This document shows, piece by piece, positions 1 through 10,278 of a stretch of 64,000 nucleotides of DNA. The notes under the pieces are model-generated. The model did not search any database and was not told where the DNA came from. It saw only the letters and a program-made list of their open reading frames with translations. The translations under genes were made by a program, and so were the position numbers. Each line of letters begins with the position of its first letter. The first letter of the stretch is position 1. The DNA lies in contig JAYTHU010000231.1 of assembly GCA_043732305.1 (NCBI GenBank), positions 38,339 through 102,338 of the forward strand, in the 5' to 3' direction. This stretch comes from Oligoflexia bacterium. GTDB taxonomy: Bacteria; Bdellovibrionota; Bdellovibrionia; JABDDW01.

Positions 1-417
1 TGCATTAAAGGTTTCAGCCATAGAAACAGCTTCGTCCTCGGTAAATAATTTTCTACCCGCAGAAAACATTTCCGATTCTTCTTCGCGGATATGATGTTCC
101 AAAGCGTCTCTTAATTTTTTTGCGATGGTTTTCCAAGTCGTGTCTAACTTATCCATCACTTGAAGAGAACGCAAAAGTCCTTCAGCCATCATGTGCTCAG
201 CATAGCCGTGCATGGCCAGACTTTTTGATGCGTCCATCATTCGCAATGAATTATAAAGCACAGCCTCTTCAGCTCGAGAATGTGGAATGAGTTCATCCCT
301 TATATGTGAAATCAATTGATGTCGCACTTCTGAATTTTCTTCGTTCAGATTAACGAGTTGATTAAGAAGTTGTTTTACTTTGGCGTGATCTGTTGCGAGC
401 GCTTCATATATATCCAT
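1..417 (-). CDS. Hemerythrin-domain protein (3' end runs off window)
   Basis: Not in the ORF track. Hand translation from ATG 417 gives MDIYEALATDHAKVKQLL...IPHSRAEEAVLY...YAEHMMAE...LEHHIREEESEMF, i.e. the H / HxxxE / H / HxxxE hemerythrin pattern. A GGAGGA RBS lies at 421-426. Confidence 0.85.
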   Translation of the reverse strand, partial: MDIYEALATDHAKVKQLLNQLVNLNEENSEVRHQLISHIRDELIPHSRAEEAVLYNSLRMMDASKSLAMHGYAEHMMAEGLLRSLQVMDKLDTTWKTIAKKLRDALEHHIREEESEMFSAGRKLFTEDEAVSMAETFNA

Positions 418-466
418 AAATCCTCCGGGTTAAATTAGCTGATGAGAGCTTCTTTAACCTTAAGGA

Positions 467-484
467 TTGCAATATCGAGACCTA
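467..484 (-). promoter_or_regulatory. Candidate sigma-54 (-24/-12) promoter of the hemerythrin gene
   Basis: Minus strand TAGGTCTCGATATTGCAA is GG-N10-GC with a TTGCA -12 box, about 50 nt upstream of the ATG. Confidence 0.5.
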
Positions 485-574
485 GCCTGTGATCGATCTA
501 GAAGATTTTACCCTGTGCATATGTGGATTAAGACCACGTAGGCCAGGATTTAAGTGGATATTCTCTACTTTATT

Positions 575-1735
575 TCAGAGAAAAAGAGGCGACGGCTTGT
601 CCAAGTTCAAAGGGAGATCAACGATAAAAGTTGCTCCTCTGGAAAGCTCACTTTCAACTTTAATGTATCCATCGTGACTTCCCAACACTTGTCTCACAAT
701 ATAGAGACCGAGTCCCAATCCGCTGATCTCACTTCCAGAAACTGCGCGTTCAAATCTTTCGAAAATTCGCTCGTGGTTTTCTTTTGCGATCCCCCGCCCC
801 TCATCATGGACCAACATTCGCGCTCCACTCGGAGAAAGTTTCACTTCAATCACAATTGATTTTCCACTTCCATATCGAATGGCATTCGTCAGTAAATTCA
901 TAATCACTTGACCGATACGAAAACGATCCCATTTTCCCACTACAGGACCGTCAGATTTTAAACTTACGGGGCAAAGTGCAGCCTCTGATTGCTCTGAGCA
1001 TCTTTCAATCTGATCCTGCGCCACTCCTACAAGGTCAAACACTTCAAGTTTTAATGATAATTTACCAGTATTGATTCGCGTGACATCAAGCATATCTTCA
1101 ACCAATCGAGAAATTCGGTGGAGTTGCTTCTCATCAGAATCAAACATTTTTGCGAGACGCGAGGGCGTAAAGCTTGAAACATCACCGCCACTCACAGCTC
1201 GCTTTCGAAGTTGCGTCTGCAATAACATTGAAGTGAGGGGTGTATTCAGTTCATGGGAAGCAATAGACATGAACTCATCGCGAATTCTGACAGCTTTCTC
1301 AAGTTGAATTTGTGTGTTCATGAGTTTGATCAGCAGATCTTCTTGTTCACGCTTTCGCCGGAAAAGTTCGATAAAAATACTCACTTTATTTTTAACAGTG
1401 TGCGAATCCAATGGTTTTGCCAAAAAATCCACAGCTCCGCTCTCATAACCTTTGAATTGTGATTGCTGATCCTTTGCCGTCGCTGAAACAAATATTATTG
1501 GAATATCTTTAGTTTTCCTAGTCCCACGCATAAATTCTGCTAACTCAAATCCACTCATCATGGGCATATGCACATCTATAAGTGCCAATGCAAACTCGTG
1601 AGTGATCATCAGATCTAAAGCTTCAGTTCCTGATTTAGCCGTGAAGATTTTTAAATCGGCACGTCTAAGAAGAGCTTCCAAAGCAAGAAGATTATCTTTC
1701 AAATCATCAACTAGGAGAATGTTAGTTTGTTGCAT
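575..1735 (-). CDS. Hybrid response regulator / histidine kinase (REC-HisKA-HATPase)
   Basis: ILLVDD...LIDVHMP receiver; ASHELNTPL H-box; NLLTNAIRY, DEGRGI and GLGLGL ATPase boxes. Confidence 0.93.
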   Translation of the reverse strand: MQQTNILLVDDLKDNLLALEALLRRADLKIFTAKSGTEALDLMITHEFALALIDVHMPMMSGFELAEFMRGTRKTKDIPIIFVSATAKDQQSQFKGYESGAVDFLAKPLDSHTVKNKVSIFIELFRRKREQEDLLIKLMNTQIQLEKAVRIRDEFMSIASHELNTPLTSMLLQTQLRKRAVSGGDVSSFTPSRLAKMFDSDEKQLHRISRLVEDMLDVTRINTGKLSLKLEVFDLVGVAQDQIERCSEQSEAALCPVSLKSDGPVVGKWDRFRIGQVIMNLLTNAIRYGSGKSIVIEVKLSPSGARMLVHDEGRGIAKENHERIFERFERAVSGSEISGLGLGLYIVRQVLGSHDGYIKVESELSRGATFIVDLPLNLDKPSPLFL

Positions 1736-4700
1736 CAGTATTCACTACAGAGAAAGCCGACAAAGGAGTTTCACTATCAGGAATATTCCTCTTAAGCGCC
1801 CAAACACGGATGAGGGAAAGAAGTTTCTCTAGGTCAACTGGTTTAGAAACATAATCGTTAGTACCAGCTTCTAAACACTTCTCTAGATCGTCTTTCATTG
1901 CCTTTGCAGTCACGGCTATGATTGGAAGATTAGCAAATCTTTTCTGTTTTCTGATTCTTTTTGTTGCCTCGTAACCGTCCATTTCGGGCATCATGATATC
2001 CATAAGAACCAAATCTATAAGAGGATCCTCATCCAACCTATCTAGAGCTTCTTGACCATTACGGCCCACAAATACTGTGGCTCCTTTTTGCTCTAAAACA
2101 CTAGTTAGAGCAAAAATATTTCTAATGTCATCATCTACCAAAAGTATTTTCTTACCCTTAAATACTTGTTCATGGTTTCTCACAGTTTTAAGCATCTTTT
2201 TTTGAATCTGAGTCATCTTTGATTCGACACTATGAAGAATCAAACTGACTTCATCTAATAATCTCTCGGGAGACCTGGCCCCCTTGATAATAATTGATCT
2301 TGAAAGTTTTTTTAATTTATCTTGTTGAGCCAACGAGAGGTCGCTTCCTGTGTAAACAATGACAGGGGGACAGGATAAAATCTTTTCCCTAGCCATACGT
2401 TCAAGAAGCTCATCACCTGGGAAATCGGGAAGTTTTAAATCCATAATCATGCAATCAAAAGAATTTTTCTTGAGCTGCTCAAGAGCTTCGCGGGCAGAAC
2501 TCGCCATAAAAATCTCAGTAGATTCATCGGATATAAGTTGGCAGATACTCGTCCTTTGTAGTTCGTCATTCTCGACAACGAGAACTCGATTGATCTTTTG
2601 AGAAAACTTAGCGTCGAATCTATCAAAAGCAGATTTAATTTCATCATATTCGACGGGCTTGAAAATAAATCCAATGGCACCCATCTGCAAAGATGCATTC
2701 GAATAATCTTCAATGGACATCACCTGCACAGGAATGTGTCTCGTGAGAGTATTCTCTTTCAAACGATCTAGAACGGTAAGACCAAGATGATCAGGAAGTA
2801 TCATATCTAAAATTATTGCATCCGGATTGTATTCCAATGCCAATTCAAAACCCTCATCGGCGCCTTGAGCAACGATGCATTTGTATTTAAATTCATGAGC
2901 GACATCGAGCAATATTTTTGCAAACTTTGTGTCGTCTTCAATGACCAAAATTGTTCTTCCAGGCGCACGCAGATTCGCACGATCATCTTCGAAAGGAAGA
3001 GGGGCCCATGGAATAGCCTTTTCAAAATTACGATGATTGATAGGATTTTTTCTAAAAGCCACCTCGGGAGCAGATTCAGCCATCGTGAATGATTCACTCA
3101 TGGCTTTTGGTAGTATAAGTGTGAATCGACTTCCTTGACCCGCAGCACTCTCTACTTCAATACTTCCGCCAAGAAGTTTTGCGAGATCACGTGAAATAGA
3201 AAGTCCTAATCCTGTTCCACCATATTTTCTATTTGTTGTGCCATCAGCCTGTCTGAAAGCCTCAAAGATTATCGCCTGTTGCTCCCGTGGAATTCCGATT
3301 CCAGAATCGCTCACTTCAAAGGCTATGGAACCGTCAGAATGGTTGTACAATCTAATTTTTACCGAACCCTTTTCAGTAAATTTAAGAGCATTTGAAATCA
3401 AGTTTTTCAAAATCTGATCTAAACGTTGACGATCTGTCAAAAATGATTGAGGCACATCAACTTCGTAACTGACTTCAAATATTAAATTTTTCTCACGAGC
3501 CAGAGATTGGAAGGTGTGCTTCAGACCCTCAATAACTTTTATAATCACAACTTTTTCGACACGGATGTCTAATTTACCGGCTTCAACTTTTGAGAGGTCT
3601 AATATATCGTTGATAAGATTGAGCAGATCATTGCCGGAAGAGTATATTGACGTCGCAAACTGAATTTGTTCATCAGTCAAGTTATCGCTCGTGTTGTCCA
3701 TTAAAAGCTTCGCAAGGATAAGAGAGCTGTTAAGCGGTGTGCGGAGTTCATGGGACATATTCGCCAAAAATTCCGACTTGTACTCACTCGCTCTTTGAAC
3801 TTCATTAGCTTTTTCTTCTAATAAAACTTGAGCCTTATTCAAAGCCTCATTTTGTTTTTGAACTTTTTTACGGACATCAGAAGTGTTGATGGCGATTCCA
3901 ATATTTTCAGAAACGTGACTTAAAAACGCTCGTTGATGCTCTGTAAAGGTATGTAGCGAGCCCAGTTCAATCACACCTGTAACTTCGTTTTCATATAGAA
4001 TAGGACAAATTAGAATGGATCTCGGTCGCAGCTCGCCCAAGCCAGATTCTATTTTACTAAAATAATCAGAAGGCATTTCCTCAATCAACAGAGATTTTTT
4101 CTCAATCGCGACTTGGCCTACAAGTCCCTCGCCAAATTCGATGATTCTCTCGGCAGATTTAGTTTTAGCAAGAGCATGACCACTTACCATTTGTAGTTTT
4201 TTATCATCAGTCACCAAGTAAAATGCACCGATCTGGGCATTCGTGAATGGAACCAAATGACTTAGAATACTTTGCCCAAGACGGGAAATGATTTGTTCAC
4301 CGCGCATTTTTTCTGAAAGCGCAATTTGCCCTTCGCGCAGATAATCCAACTCTCTTAATTTTTCTTTGAGGGACACCTCAGATTGCTTTCTCTCCGTAAT
4401 ATCGCGTTCGGTAGTGGCAATTCCGGTGAGCTTTCCTTTTTCATCCGTGAGCTTGGTATTTGTCAACCAGACGTCGATAATTCTACCGTCTCTATGTTTT
4501 CTTTTAGTCTCAAGATTAGGTAAAAGTTCTCCACGTTTTAGTGATGCTAAGAACCCACGTGCTTCCTCTTGATATTCCTTAGGAACGGTATCGACAATAT
4601 TCATGCTCAAGGCTTCAGCTTGAGAGTATCCGTAAATTATTTCTGCGGCTTTATTCCAGGCTAGAATATTTCCTTCTAAATCTTGGAACGTGATGGCATC

Positions 4701-5570
4701 GTTAGAATCCTGAATAACTGTAGCCATACGGCGAAACTTTTCAAGCGCGCCCATTCGCTCTGAGATATCGCGCTCAGTTGTTGCAATACCAGTGAGTTTT
4801 CCTTTGTCATCAGTGAGCTTCGTATTAGTCAACCAAACGTCGACAATTCTACCGTCTTTAGTTTTTCTCTTCGTTTCAAGCGTCGGCACAAGTTCGCCCC
4901 GTTTGAGGGAAGACAAAAATTCGCGAGCTTCTTCCTGATACTCTTTTGGCACGGTATCGACAATATTCATACGAAGCGCTTCAGCTTCGGAATAACCGTA
5001 AATTTGTTCTGCACCGCGGTTCCAAGCAAGAATGTTGCCTTCTAAATCTTGAAAGGTAATGGCATCGTTAGAATCCTGGATAACTGTAGCCATACGGCGA
5101 AATTTTTCTAAAGTTCTTGTTTGCTCGGTGACATCGCGTCCGGTCGTAGCCACACCAGTCAGCTTGCCTTGGTCATCGACGAGCTTAGTGTTGGCTAGCC
5201 AAACGTCAATGATTCGGCCGTCTTTGGTTTTTCGTTTGGTCTCAAGTGATGAGACAAGCTCGCCCGAATTTAATTTGGCGATAAAGTTCATCGCTTCTGA
5301 TTGATGCGACTCAGGAACAGTATCAACAATATTCATTTGCAGAGCTTCAGATTCGGAATAGCCGTAAATGATCTCGGCACCGCGATTCCAAGCGAGAATT
5401 CGACCTTCTAAATCCTGAATTGTGATGGCATCGTTAGAATCCTGAATGACCGTGGCCATACGGCGGAAGCGTTCTTCATTGCTACCGATTTGGGCGTCCA
5501 TCAAAGGAGGCGGCGAAAAAGATTTAGATCTCACCTTCTTTTTCAAGGAAGAATCCTTCATTTTTTTCAT
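1722..5570 (-). CDS. Cytoplasmic hybrid sensor kinase (3xPAS-GAF-HisKA-HATPase-3xREC)
   Basis: Three PAS repeats (DSNDAIT..DLEG.ILAWN.GAE), a GAF domain (FGEGLVGQVA), FLANMSHELRTPL, GGTGLGL, and three receivers (ILVIEDD, VLVVEND, ILLVDDD). Confidence 0.93.
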   Translation of the reverse strand: MKKMKDSSLKKKVRSKSFSPPPLMDAQIGSNEERFRRMATVIQDSNDAITIQDLEGRILAWNRGAEIIYGYSESEALQMNIVDTVPESHQSEAMNFIAKLNSGELVSSLETKRKTKDGRIIDVWLANTKLVDDQGKLTGVATTGRDVTEQTRTLEKFRRMATVIQDSNDAITFQDLEGNILAWNRGAEQIYGYSEAEALRMNIVDTVPKEYQEEAREFLSSLKRGELVPTLETKRKTKDGRIVDVWLTNTKLTDDKGKLTGIATTERDISERMGALEKFRRMATVIQDSNDAITFQDLEGNILAWNKAAEIIYGYSQAEALSMNIVDTVPKEYQEEARGFLASLKRGELLPNLETKRKHRDGRIIDVWLTNTKLTDEKGKLTGIATTERDITERKQSEVSLKEKLRELDYLREGQIALSEKMRGEQIISRLGQSILSHLVPFTNAQIGAFYLVTDDKKLQMVSGHALAKTKSAERIIEFGEGLVGQVAIEKKSLLIEEMPSDYFSKIESGLGELRPRSILICPILYENEVTGVIELGSLHTFTEHQRAFLSHVSENIGIAINTSDVRKKVQKQNEALNKAQVLLEEKANEVQRASEYKSEFLANMSHELRTPLNSSLILAKLLMDNTSDNLTDEQIQFATSIYSSGNDLLNLINDILDLSKVEAGKLDIRVEKVVIIKVIEGLKHTFQSLAREKNLIFEVSYEVDVPQSFLTDRQRLDQILKNLISNALKFTEKGSVKIRLYNHSDGSIAFEVSDSGIGIPREQQAIIFEAFRQADGTTNRKYGGTGLGLSISRDLAKLLGGSIEVESAAGQGSRFTLILPKAMSESFTMAESAPEVAFRKNPINHRNFEKAIPWAPLPFEDDRANLRAPGRTILVIEDDTKFAKILLDVAHEFKYKCIVAQGADEGFELALEYNPDAIILDMILPDHLGLTVLDRLKENTLTRHIPVQVMSIEDYSNASLQMGAIGFIFKPVEYDEIKSAFDRFDAKFSQKINRVLVVENDELQRTSICQLISDESTEIFMASSAREALEQLKKNSFDCMIMDLKLPDFPGDELLERMAREKILSCPPVIVYTGSDLSLAQQDKLKKLSRSIIIKGARSPERLLDEVSLILHSVESKMTQIQKKMLKTVRNHEQVFKGKKILLVDDDIRNIFALTSVLEQKGATVFVGRNGQEALDRLDEDPLIDLVLMDIMMPEMDGYEATKRIRKQKRFANLPIIAVTAKAMKDDLEKCLEAGTNDYVSKPVDLEKLLSLIRVWALKRNIPDSETPLSAFSVVNTDATN
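4374..5471 (-). repeat. Three tandem intragenic PAS repeats with a 366-nt (122-aa) period
   Basis: The + strand motifs gccatacggcg and ggcatcgttagaatcctg each recur three times, 366 nt apart. The protein repeat begins FRRMATVIQDSNDAIT. Confidence 0.9.
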
Positions 5571-5696
5571 CTGAGCCTTTCAGATATCTCGTTTATTGAT
5601 TGAGTTATTTGTTTGGTTATTGTGCACCCTACTCTTAAAATAACGGGTGTCAATCACCATAGGCGTGATGGATTTATAACGAGCAAAGGTCTGTAT

Positions 5697-6206
5697 TTAT
5701 TGCTCTAGATTTGATTGAAGGCTTAGATAGACGTCAGAATCACCGCTCTTGCTGCCTAATAAAACGCCGGCAGCTTCGCACTTGAATTGACCTGAAGTTA
5801 ATTTAGAAGACGAAACACATGGGCCAAAAATTTCTCTGAGTTGAGCGAGTGTTGTTTTTTTAGAAAATTTATGTCCATGATAAGTGAGAGCGCGATCAAA
5901 GTTTGGAAGTGGAACAGAAACACTACTCACCACATTAGCAAAAAGACTAAATGACAATCCATCGAGAGTACCAAGAACTTCGCTATCGCTCTCGGCGTCA
6001 ATCTTGGCACCCAAGTCTAACAACTGCTTTCTTGAATCTCCCAGCGAAACTCTTCCAACTGATTTCTGAGCCACAATTTCTACGATCAAATTCTGATCAA
6101 TGCTTTGACGAACGTTTAATGCTTCCGTGTCTTTTCGAACCGGAAGATCGCAACCAGCGATGATAAACCCACTAAGAACTATAAGAGTGACAAATAAATT
6201 AAACAT
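5697..6206 (-). CDS. Hypothetical lipoprotein
   Basis: Hydrophobic N-terminus ending in the lipobox IAGC; no recognisable domain. Confidence 0.65.
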   Translation of the reverse strand: MFNLFVTLIVLSGFIIAGCDLPVRKDTEALNVRQSIDQNLIVEIVAQKSVGRVSLGDSRKQLLDLGAKIDAESDSEVLGTLDGLSFSLFANVVSSVSVPLPNFDRALTYHGHKFSKKTTLAQLREIFGPCVSSSKLTSGQFKCEAAGVLLGSKSGDSDVYLSLQSNLEQ

Positions 6207-6266
6207 TCTAGCCGCACACTAGCACCCAAGAGGCCTTCGCTCAAGACAGAAACTATTGCATCGCGC

Positions 6267-7250
6267 ATGTTAACGCACTATTCTTTGACCGTGGAAAACA
6301 TACCTATTAAATTGCATTTGGCTCCCATGGAAGGCGTGATGGACTTCGTTTTCCGGGATTTGGTCTCGGGGCTGGGCGGTCTTGATCTTTGCACCACCGA
6401 ATTCATTCGAGTAACAACTGAACTTGTGCCAGATCACGTCTTTTTCAGGACCGCTCCCGAACTCAAAATGAATTCTCAAACTCGCTCTCAAACACCACTG
6501 GCCGTGCAACTTCTAGGTGGAAAGCCTGAACCGATGGCCAGAAACGCATTACGGCTGAGTCAATTAGGAGCTGGTCAGATAGATTTAAATTTTGGTTGTC
6601 CTGCAAAAACCGTTAATAAAAATGATGGAGGCGCATGTTTGCTCAAGACTCCTGAAAGACTTTTTGAAGTGGTAAGCGCTGTCCGCAAGGCAGTGCCCCC
6701 ACATATTCCTGTCACAGCTAAAATGCGATTAGGATACAGTTCGCCCGCACTCTGTGTGGAGAATGCTCTGGCGCTCCAAGAAGCTGGCGCGGCCAAAGTA
6801 ACTGTTCATGCGCGCACCAAGGAAGACGGATACAAACCTCCGGCCCATTGGGAATATCTGTCTCGAATAAAAGAACGCATCTCAGTTCCACTTATTGCAA
6901 ACGGTGACATTTGGAATTACGAAGATCTTTTGCGTTGTCAGACTATGACGGGATGTTCAGAATTTATGATTGGACGGGGAGCTCTTAAAAACCCATTTAT
7001 ATTTTCAGAAATTAAATCTCGATTGCAAACCCATTCAAACGAAATTGAAACACCTTGGGCAGAACAATTTAAACTTTTATATTCTTTTTTCGAGGCAAAT
7101 GAAACCTATTCGTCTGCGGCTTTTGCACAGTCTCGTTCAAAACAATTTTTAAGATATTTGTCAGAAAAACATGAGCCCGCAAAAGAGATTTTTGACCGAG
7201 TAAAAATAATCAATGATCCAACTCAATTCAAACAGGCTTTACGCAACTAG
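6267..7250 (+). CDS. dusC: tRNA-dihydrouridine synthase (DusC-like)
   Basis: LAPMEG, IDLNFGCPAKTV, VTAKMRLG, TVHART and IANGDI motifs. Confidence 0.88.
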   Translation: MLTHYSLTVENIPIKLHLAPMEGVMDFVFRDLVSGLGGLDLCTTEFIRVTTELVPDHVFFRTAPELKMNSQTRSQTPLAVQLLGGKPEPMARNALRLSQLGAGQIDLNFGCPAKTVNKNDGGACLLKTPERLFEVVSAVRKAVPPHIPVTAKMRLGYSSPALCVENALALQEAGAAKVTVHARTKEDGYKPPAHWEYLSRIKERISVPLIANGDIWNYEDLLRCQTMTGCSEFMIGRGALKNPFIFSEIKSRLQTHSNEIETPWAEQFKLLYSFFEANETYSSAAFAQSRSKQFLRYLSEKHEPAKEIFDRVKIINDPTQFKQALRN

Positions 7251-7667
7251 CACAGCCTCATGCTCAGTGATAATTTCTACAGAGAAATTAAAAATTTCCA
7301 TGATCAATAAAGGTTTTCGGGCATAACCCACGACTCCGTAAAGCGAAGCTCTTCGAACGGCAAAGTCACTAAGACCAGTAGACATAAGCAACATCGGTAC
7401 TTTATGCCCATCTAACGTGTCCTGAAGCTTTCGAAGCACATCGAAACCAAAGGTTCCCGGAAGTTTCACATCTGTCACAATGAGAGCAGGAATATTTCCA
7501 CTGGACACTAGCCCAGTTAAAATTGAAGAACCTTTTCCAATGTGTCCCGCCACGTAAACTTTGGCACCACTTGCTTCAAAAACCTTCTTCAAAGAGTCAC
7601 GAGTGATCTCATTATCATCCAGAATCAAAATAGTTTTATTTTTTAGATCAATATTATCTTTATCCAC
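7239..7667 (-). CDS. Single-domain response regulator (REC)
   Basis: ILILDDN...IVTDVKLPG.FG...KP. Start moved to GTG 7667 because the 7805 start overlaps the divergent gene. Confidence 0.8.
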   Translation of the reverse strand: MDKDNIDLKNKTILILDDNEITRDSLKKVFEASGAKVYVAGHIGKGSSILTGLVSSGNIPALIVTDVKLPGTFGFDVLRKLQDTLDGHKVPMLLMSTGLSDFAVRRASLYGVVGYARKPLLIMEIFNFSVEIITEHEAVLVA

Positions 7668-7703
7668 ATCATAATTATCGGCAATCTGTCCGATAAATGA
7701 AGT

Positions 7704-9623
7704 ATGGAAAACTATTTTCACATTCTTAGAGTAGCAGGACTTATTAGCTCGATTGTATTTTTCTACTGGATCGCAAGAAACAGTATTTCGATTGCTGAAA
7801 AGCAAGAAGATGATTTAGACCATGGCCTAGTCGACAAAAATTTACTCGAACAAAGTGTCAAAGCCTTCGGACGCAACACCAGTTCCATCGTTCATTTTTA
7901 TGGAGAACTCTCATATTTCACTCCTTTCAGCGAGGAAGAAGCGAAGGACCCAAGATCTTTGATCGGCTACATATCTGGCTCAAAAAATAACATCATGATC
8001 ACGGACCCACTTTGTGATCAGAAGGACGCAAAAGCATCGATAGTCGCTTTCACAAAATTCACACAAGCGCGCGGAAAAACAAGTTTGCTTTTTCCAATCG
8101 ACATGGTCACGGCAAGACAAGCCGCTGAAATTGGTTACGGGATTTTACAAGTAGGAAAAGAACCTGTCTTCGATTTAAAAAGTTACTCCATCGATACCAT
8201 CGAAAGAAAAGTTCAATCCGCAATCAGACAAGTTTACAACAAAGGAATTATTATTGAACATCTCACTTTCAAAGAAATTCAGGAGCGCGGATACGAAATA
8301 GAATTAGGTCTTGTCCTAGATGAATGGCTTCTCAGTCGGCGCAGCGAGAAAATGGAACTTCTTCTTGAAGTGAGTCCTTTCAAATATGCCGAAGAAAAAA
8401 AATATTTTATTGCTCGATCTCAAAATCAGATAGAAGCCTTTCTTTCTTGCTCACCTATTTTCCCCCGAAAAGGCTTTTTCATTCACGATCTTATTCGACG
8501 CCCCACGGCCATGAACGGGATCGCCGAAGCACTGAACACGGCGGCGCTCAATCAATTCAAATCAGATGGCTATGAGTTTGCAAGCTTAGGCACGGCACCT
8601 CTGGCAGGTCTTGATCAAAAAGGCGCAAATTCAAATTATAAAATTTTAAACAAAATTCTTGTGCATATTTTTAATTCTCATAAAATGTTTATGCAGTTTA
8701 AATCATTATACAGCTTTAAGAAAAAATTCAAACCTACAGCAGAAGAACCTACATATTTAGCTTTCTATCCACCAAGCCTCAAAATGCGGGATGCTCTGAC
8801 AGTCATTGGACTTTTTAGTAGTCAAGGCCCAGTGGGAAATATTGTATTTAAAATCAAACGATGGTTAGACGGAGAGCAATTGCCCCGTCCTCTCATTTCG
8901 CTGGTTTCTCCTGACGTGGCGACACTTGCCAGACCAGTGCCTTTCTCGTTTTACGAATTTATTTCCAGATTGAAATTTACTTTTCTAATGTTTGCGATGA
9001 ACGTTTATACCTACGCCACCACCACGGATATGTTTGGCGAAATCAACCGCCAAACAGTTCATGATTACGCATTTAGTTACGGCGATTTTTTTGCTCACAA
9101 ATGGTTTGTTCTTTTCACCTCAAACTTCTTACATTTCAGCTACGCTCATCTCCTCATTAATATGACAATGCTTTTCTTTTTCTGCGGAACACTGGAATTT
9201 ATTGGGGGCAGTAAAGTGGCCTTTGCTAGTTTTGTAATCAGTATGAACGCGAATATTCCTTCGGCGATGGTTATTTTGCCGATCCTCAAAATGATTAACG
9301 TGAGCGCCTGGCAGCACGTGTTTTCTTACACGGATGTTGGAGCGTCACTAGGAATTATGGGATGCTTCGGAGCTCTCATTCAGTTTTTTAAGAATAAAAG
9401 GCAAGTGTTAGTACTGGCATGTCTTATTTCGATGGGTTTTTGCGTGGTTAACAAAGAGTGGTTCGGAATCGATCATACCTTTGCAATTCTCACCGGGTAT
9501 TTTACGGGCTACCTTTACCTGCATCGAAGATATCAGCTTCGAGGCTTTCAAAGGTTTTTTGCTTCTCCCGCTCATCCAGGCCAACAAAATTCTCCGATAC
9601 CTTTCCGGAAGATTTCCCGTTAG
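7704..9623 (+). CDS. Fusion of an aminoacyl-phosphatidylglycerol synthase transferase domain (MprF C-terminal/DUF2156) and a C-terminal rhomboid-like membrane domain
   Basis: DUF2156 motifs GKEPVFDL, DLIRR...NGIAE, ASLGTAPLAG, SLYSFKKKFKP. Rhomboid-like motifs FTSNFLHFSYAHLLINM, DVGASLG, IDH. Confidence 0.8.
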   Translation: MENYFHILRVAGLISSIVFFYWIARNSISIAEKQEDDLDHGLVDKNLLEQSVKAFGRNTSSIVHFYGELSYFTPFSEEEAKDPRSLIGYISGSKNNIMITDPLCDQKDAKASIVAFTKFTQARGKTSLLFPIDMVTARQAAEIGYGILQVGKEPVFDLKSYSIDTIERKVQSAIRQVYNKGIIIEHLTFKEIQERGYEIELGLVLDEWLLSRRSEKMELLLEVSPFKYAEEKKYFIARSQNQIEAFLSCSPIFPRKGFFIHDLIRRPTAMNGIAEALNTAALNQFKSDGYEFASLGTAPLAGLDQKGANSNYKILNKILVHIFNSHKMFMQFKSLYSFKKKFKPTAEEPTYLAFYPPSLKMRDALTVIGLFSSQGPVGNIVFKIKRWLDGEQLPRPLISLVSPDVATLARPVPFSFYEFISRLKFTFLMFAMNVYTYATTTDMFGEINRQTVHDYAFSYGDFFAHKWFVLFTSNFLHFSYAHLLINMTMLFFFCGTLEFIGGSKVAFASFVISMNANIPSAMVILPILKMINVSAWQHVFSYTDVGASLGIMGCFGALIQFFKNKRQVLVLACLISMGFCVVNKEWFGIDHTFAILTGYFTGYLYLHRRYQLRGFQRFFASPAHPGQQNSPIPFRKISR

Positions 9624-10278
9624 TTTTTTCAGCTTCGGTTTTCATGGTAAGAGTGGTTTTTTTTGTATTCTCAAAAGTTGTTTCCCAGATCTTGTTCTTA
9701 AAAAATGTTCCGGCCATTCCCCACTTTGCATTGAAAAAGTCAACTGAAAGATATTTAGTGGCGCCATCTTTTTCTTGTAAAAAAATGAAACCATTGGCAT
9801 CCAAAACATCTTCGCTCTTTTTTAAATTATAGGTCAATATCCCTTTTGTTTTAGTGATTTCAGACACAGTTTGGGTAGTTTCATACACTGTGTGTGTTCC
9901 CATAGGCCCACTAAACTTCCAATGAATATCAAAACTATTGGGAACAATATTTTCAAAAGAAACTTCATCTAAACCTAGATAGGCATTTTTATAGGAAGCA
10001 ATGTCCCGGAGGACTTTAAGTACGATTGATAATTTCGCGGAGAAAGTTGTTTTTGCCATTACTCCGACATACGTGCTGTCTTCCGGCGTGTTTATCGTTT
10101 GAATTTTTAATTCGTCAGTTCCCTCGGGAACGTTTAATTCTGTGGCTAAAAGCATCCAAGTTTTTTTATATTCGGCGATCTTAGTCGCATACTTTCCAGG
10201 AGATTTTTCAGACGCGTTCAAATATGGCGGTAACAACAAAATTAGAAAAATAATTATTGAAAATGTAACTCTCACCAT
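9502..10278 (-). CDS. Secreted START/SRPBCC-like (lipid-binding fold) protein
   Basis: Signal peptide from ATG 10278 (overlaps the lgt-like stop). VGVMAKTTFSAKLSIVLKVLRDIASY resembles the start of a START/SRPBCC fold. Confidence 0.55.
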   Translation of the reverse strand: MVRVTFSIIIFLILLLPPYLNASEKSPGKYATKIAEYKKTWMLLATELNVPEGTDELKIQTINTPEDSTYVGVMAKTTFSAKLSIVLKVLRDIASYKNAYLGLDEVSFENIVPNSFDIHWKFSGPMGTHTVYETTQTVSEITKTKGILTYNLKKSEDVLDANGFIFLQEKDGATKYLSVDFFNAKWGMAGTFFKNKIWETTFENTKKTTLTMKTEAEKTNGKSSGKVSENFVGLDEREKQKTFESLEADIFDAGKGSP

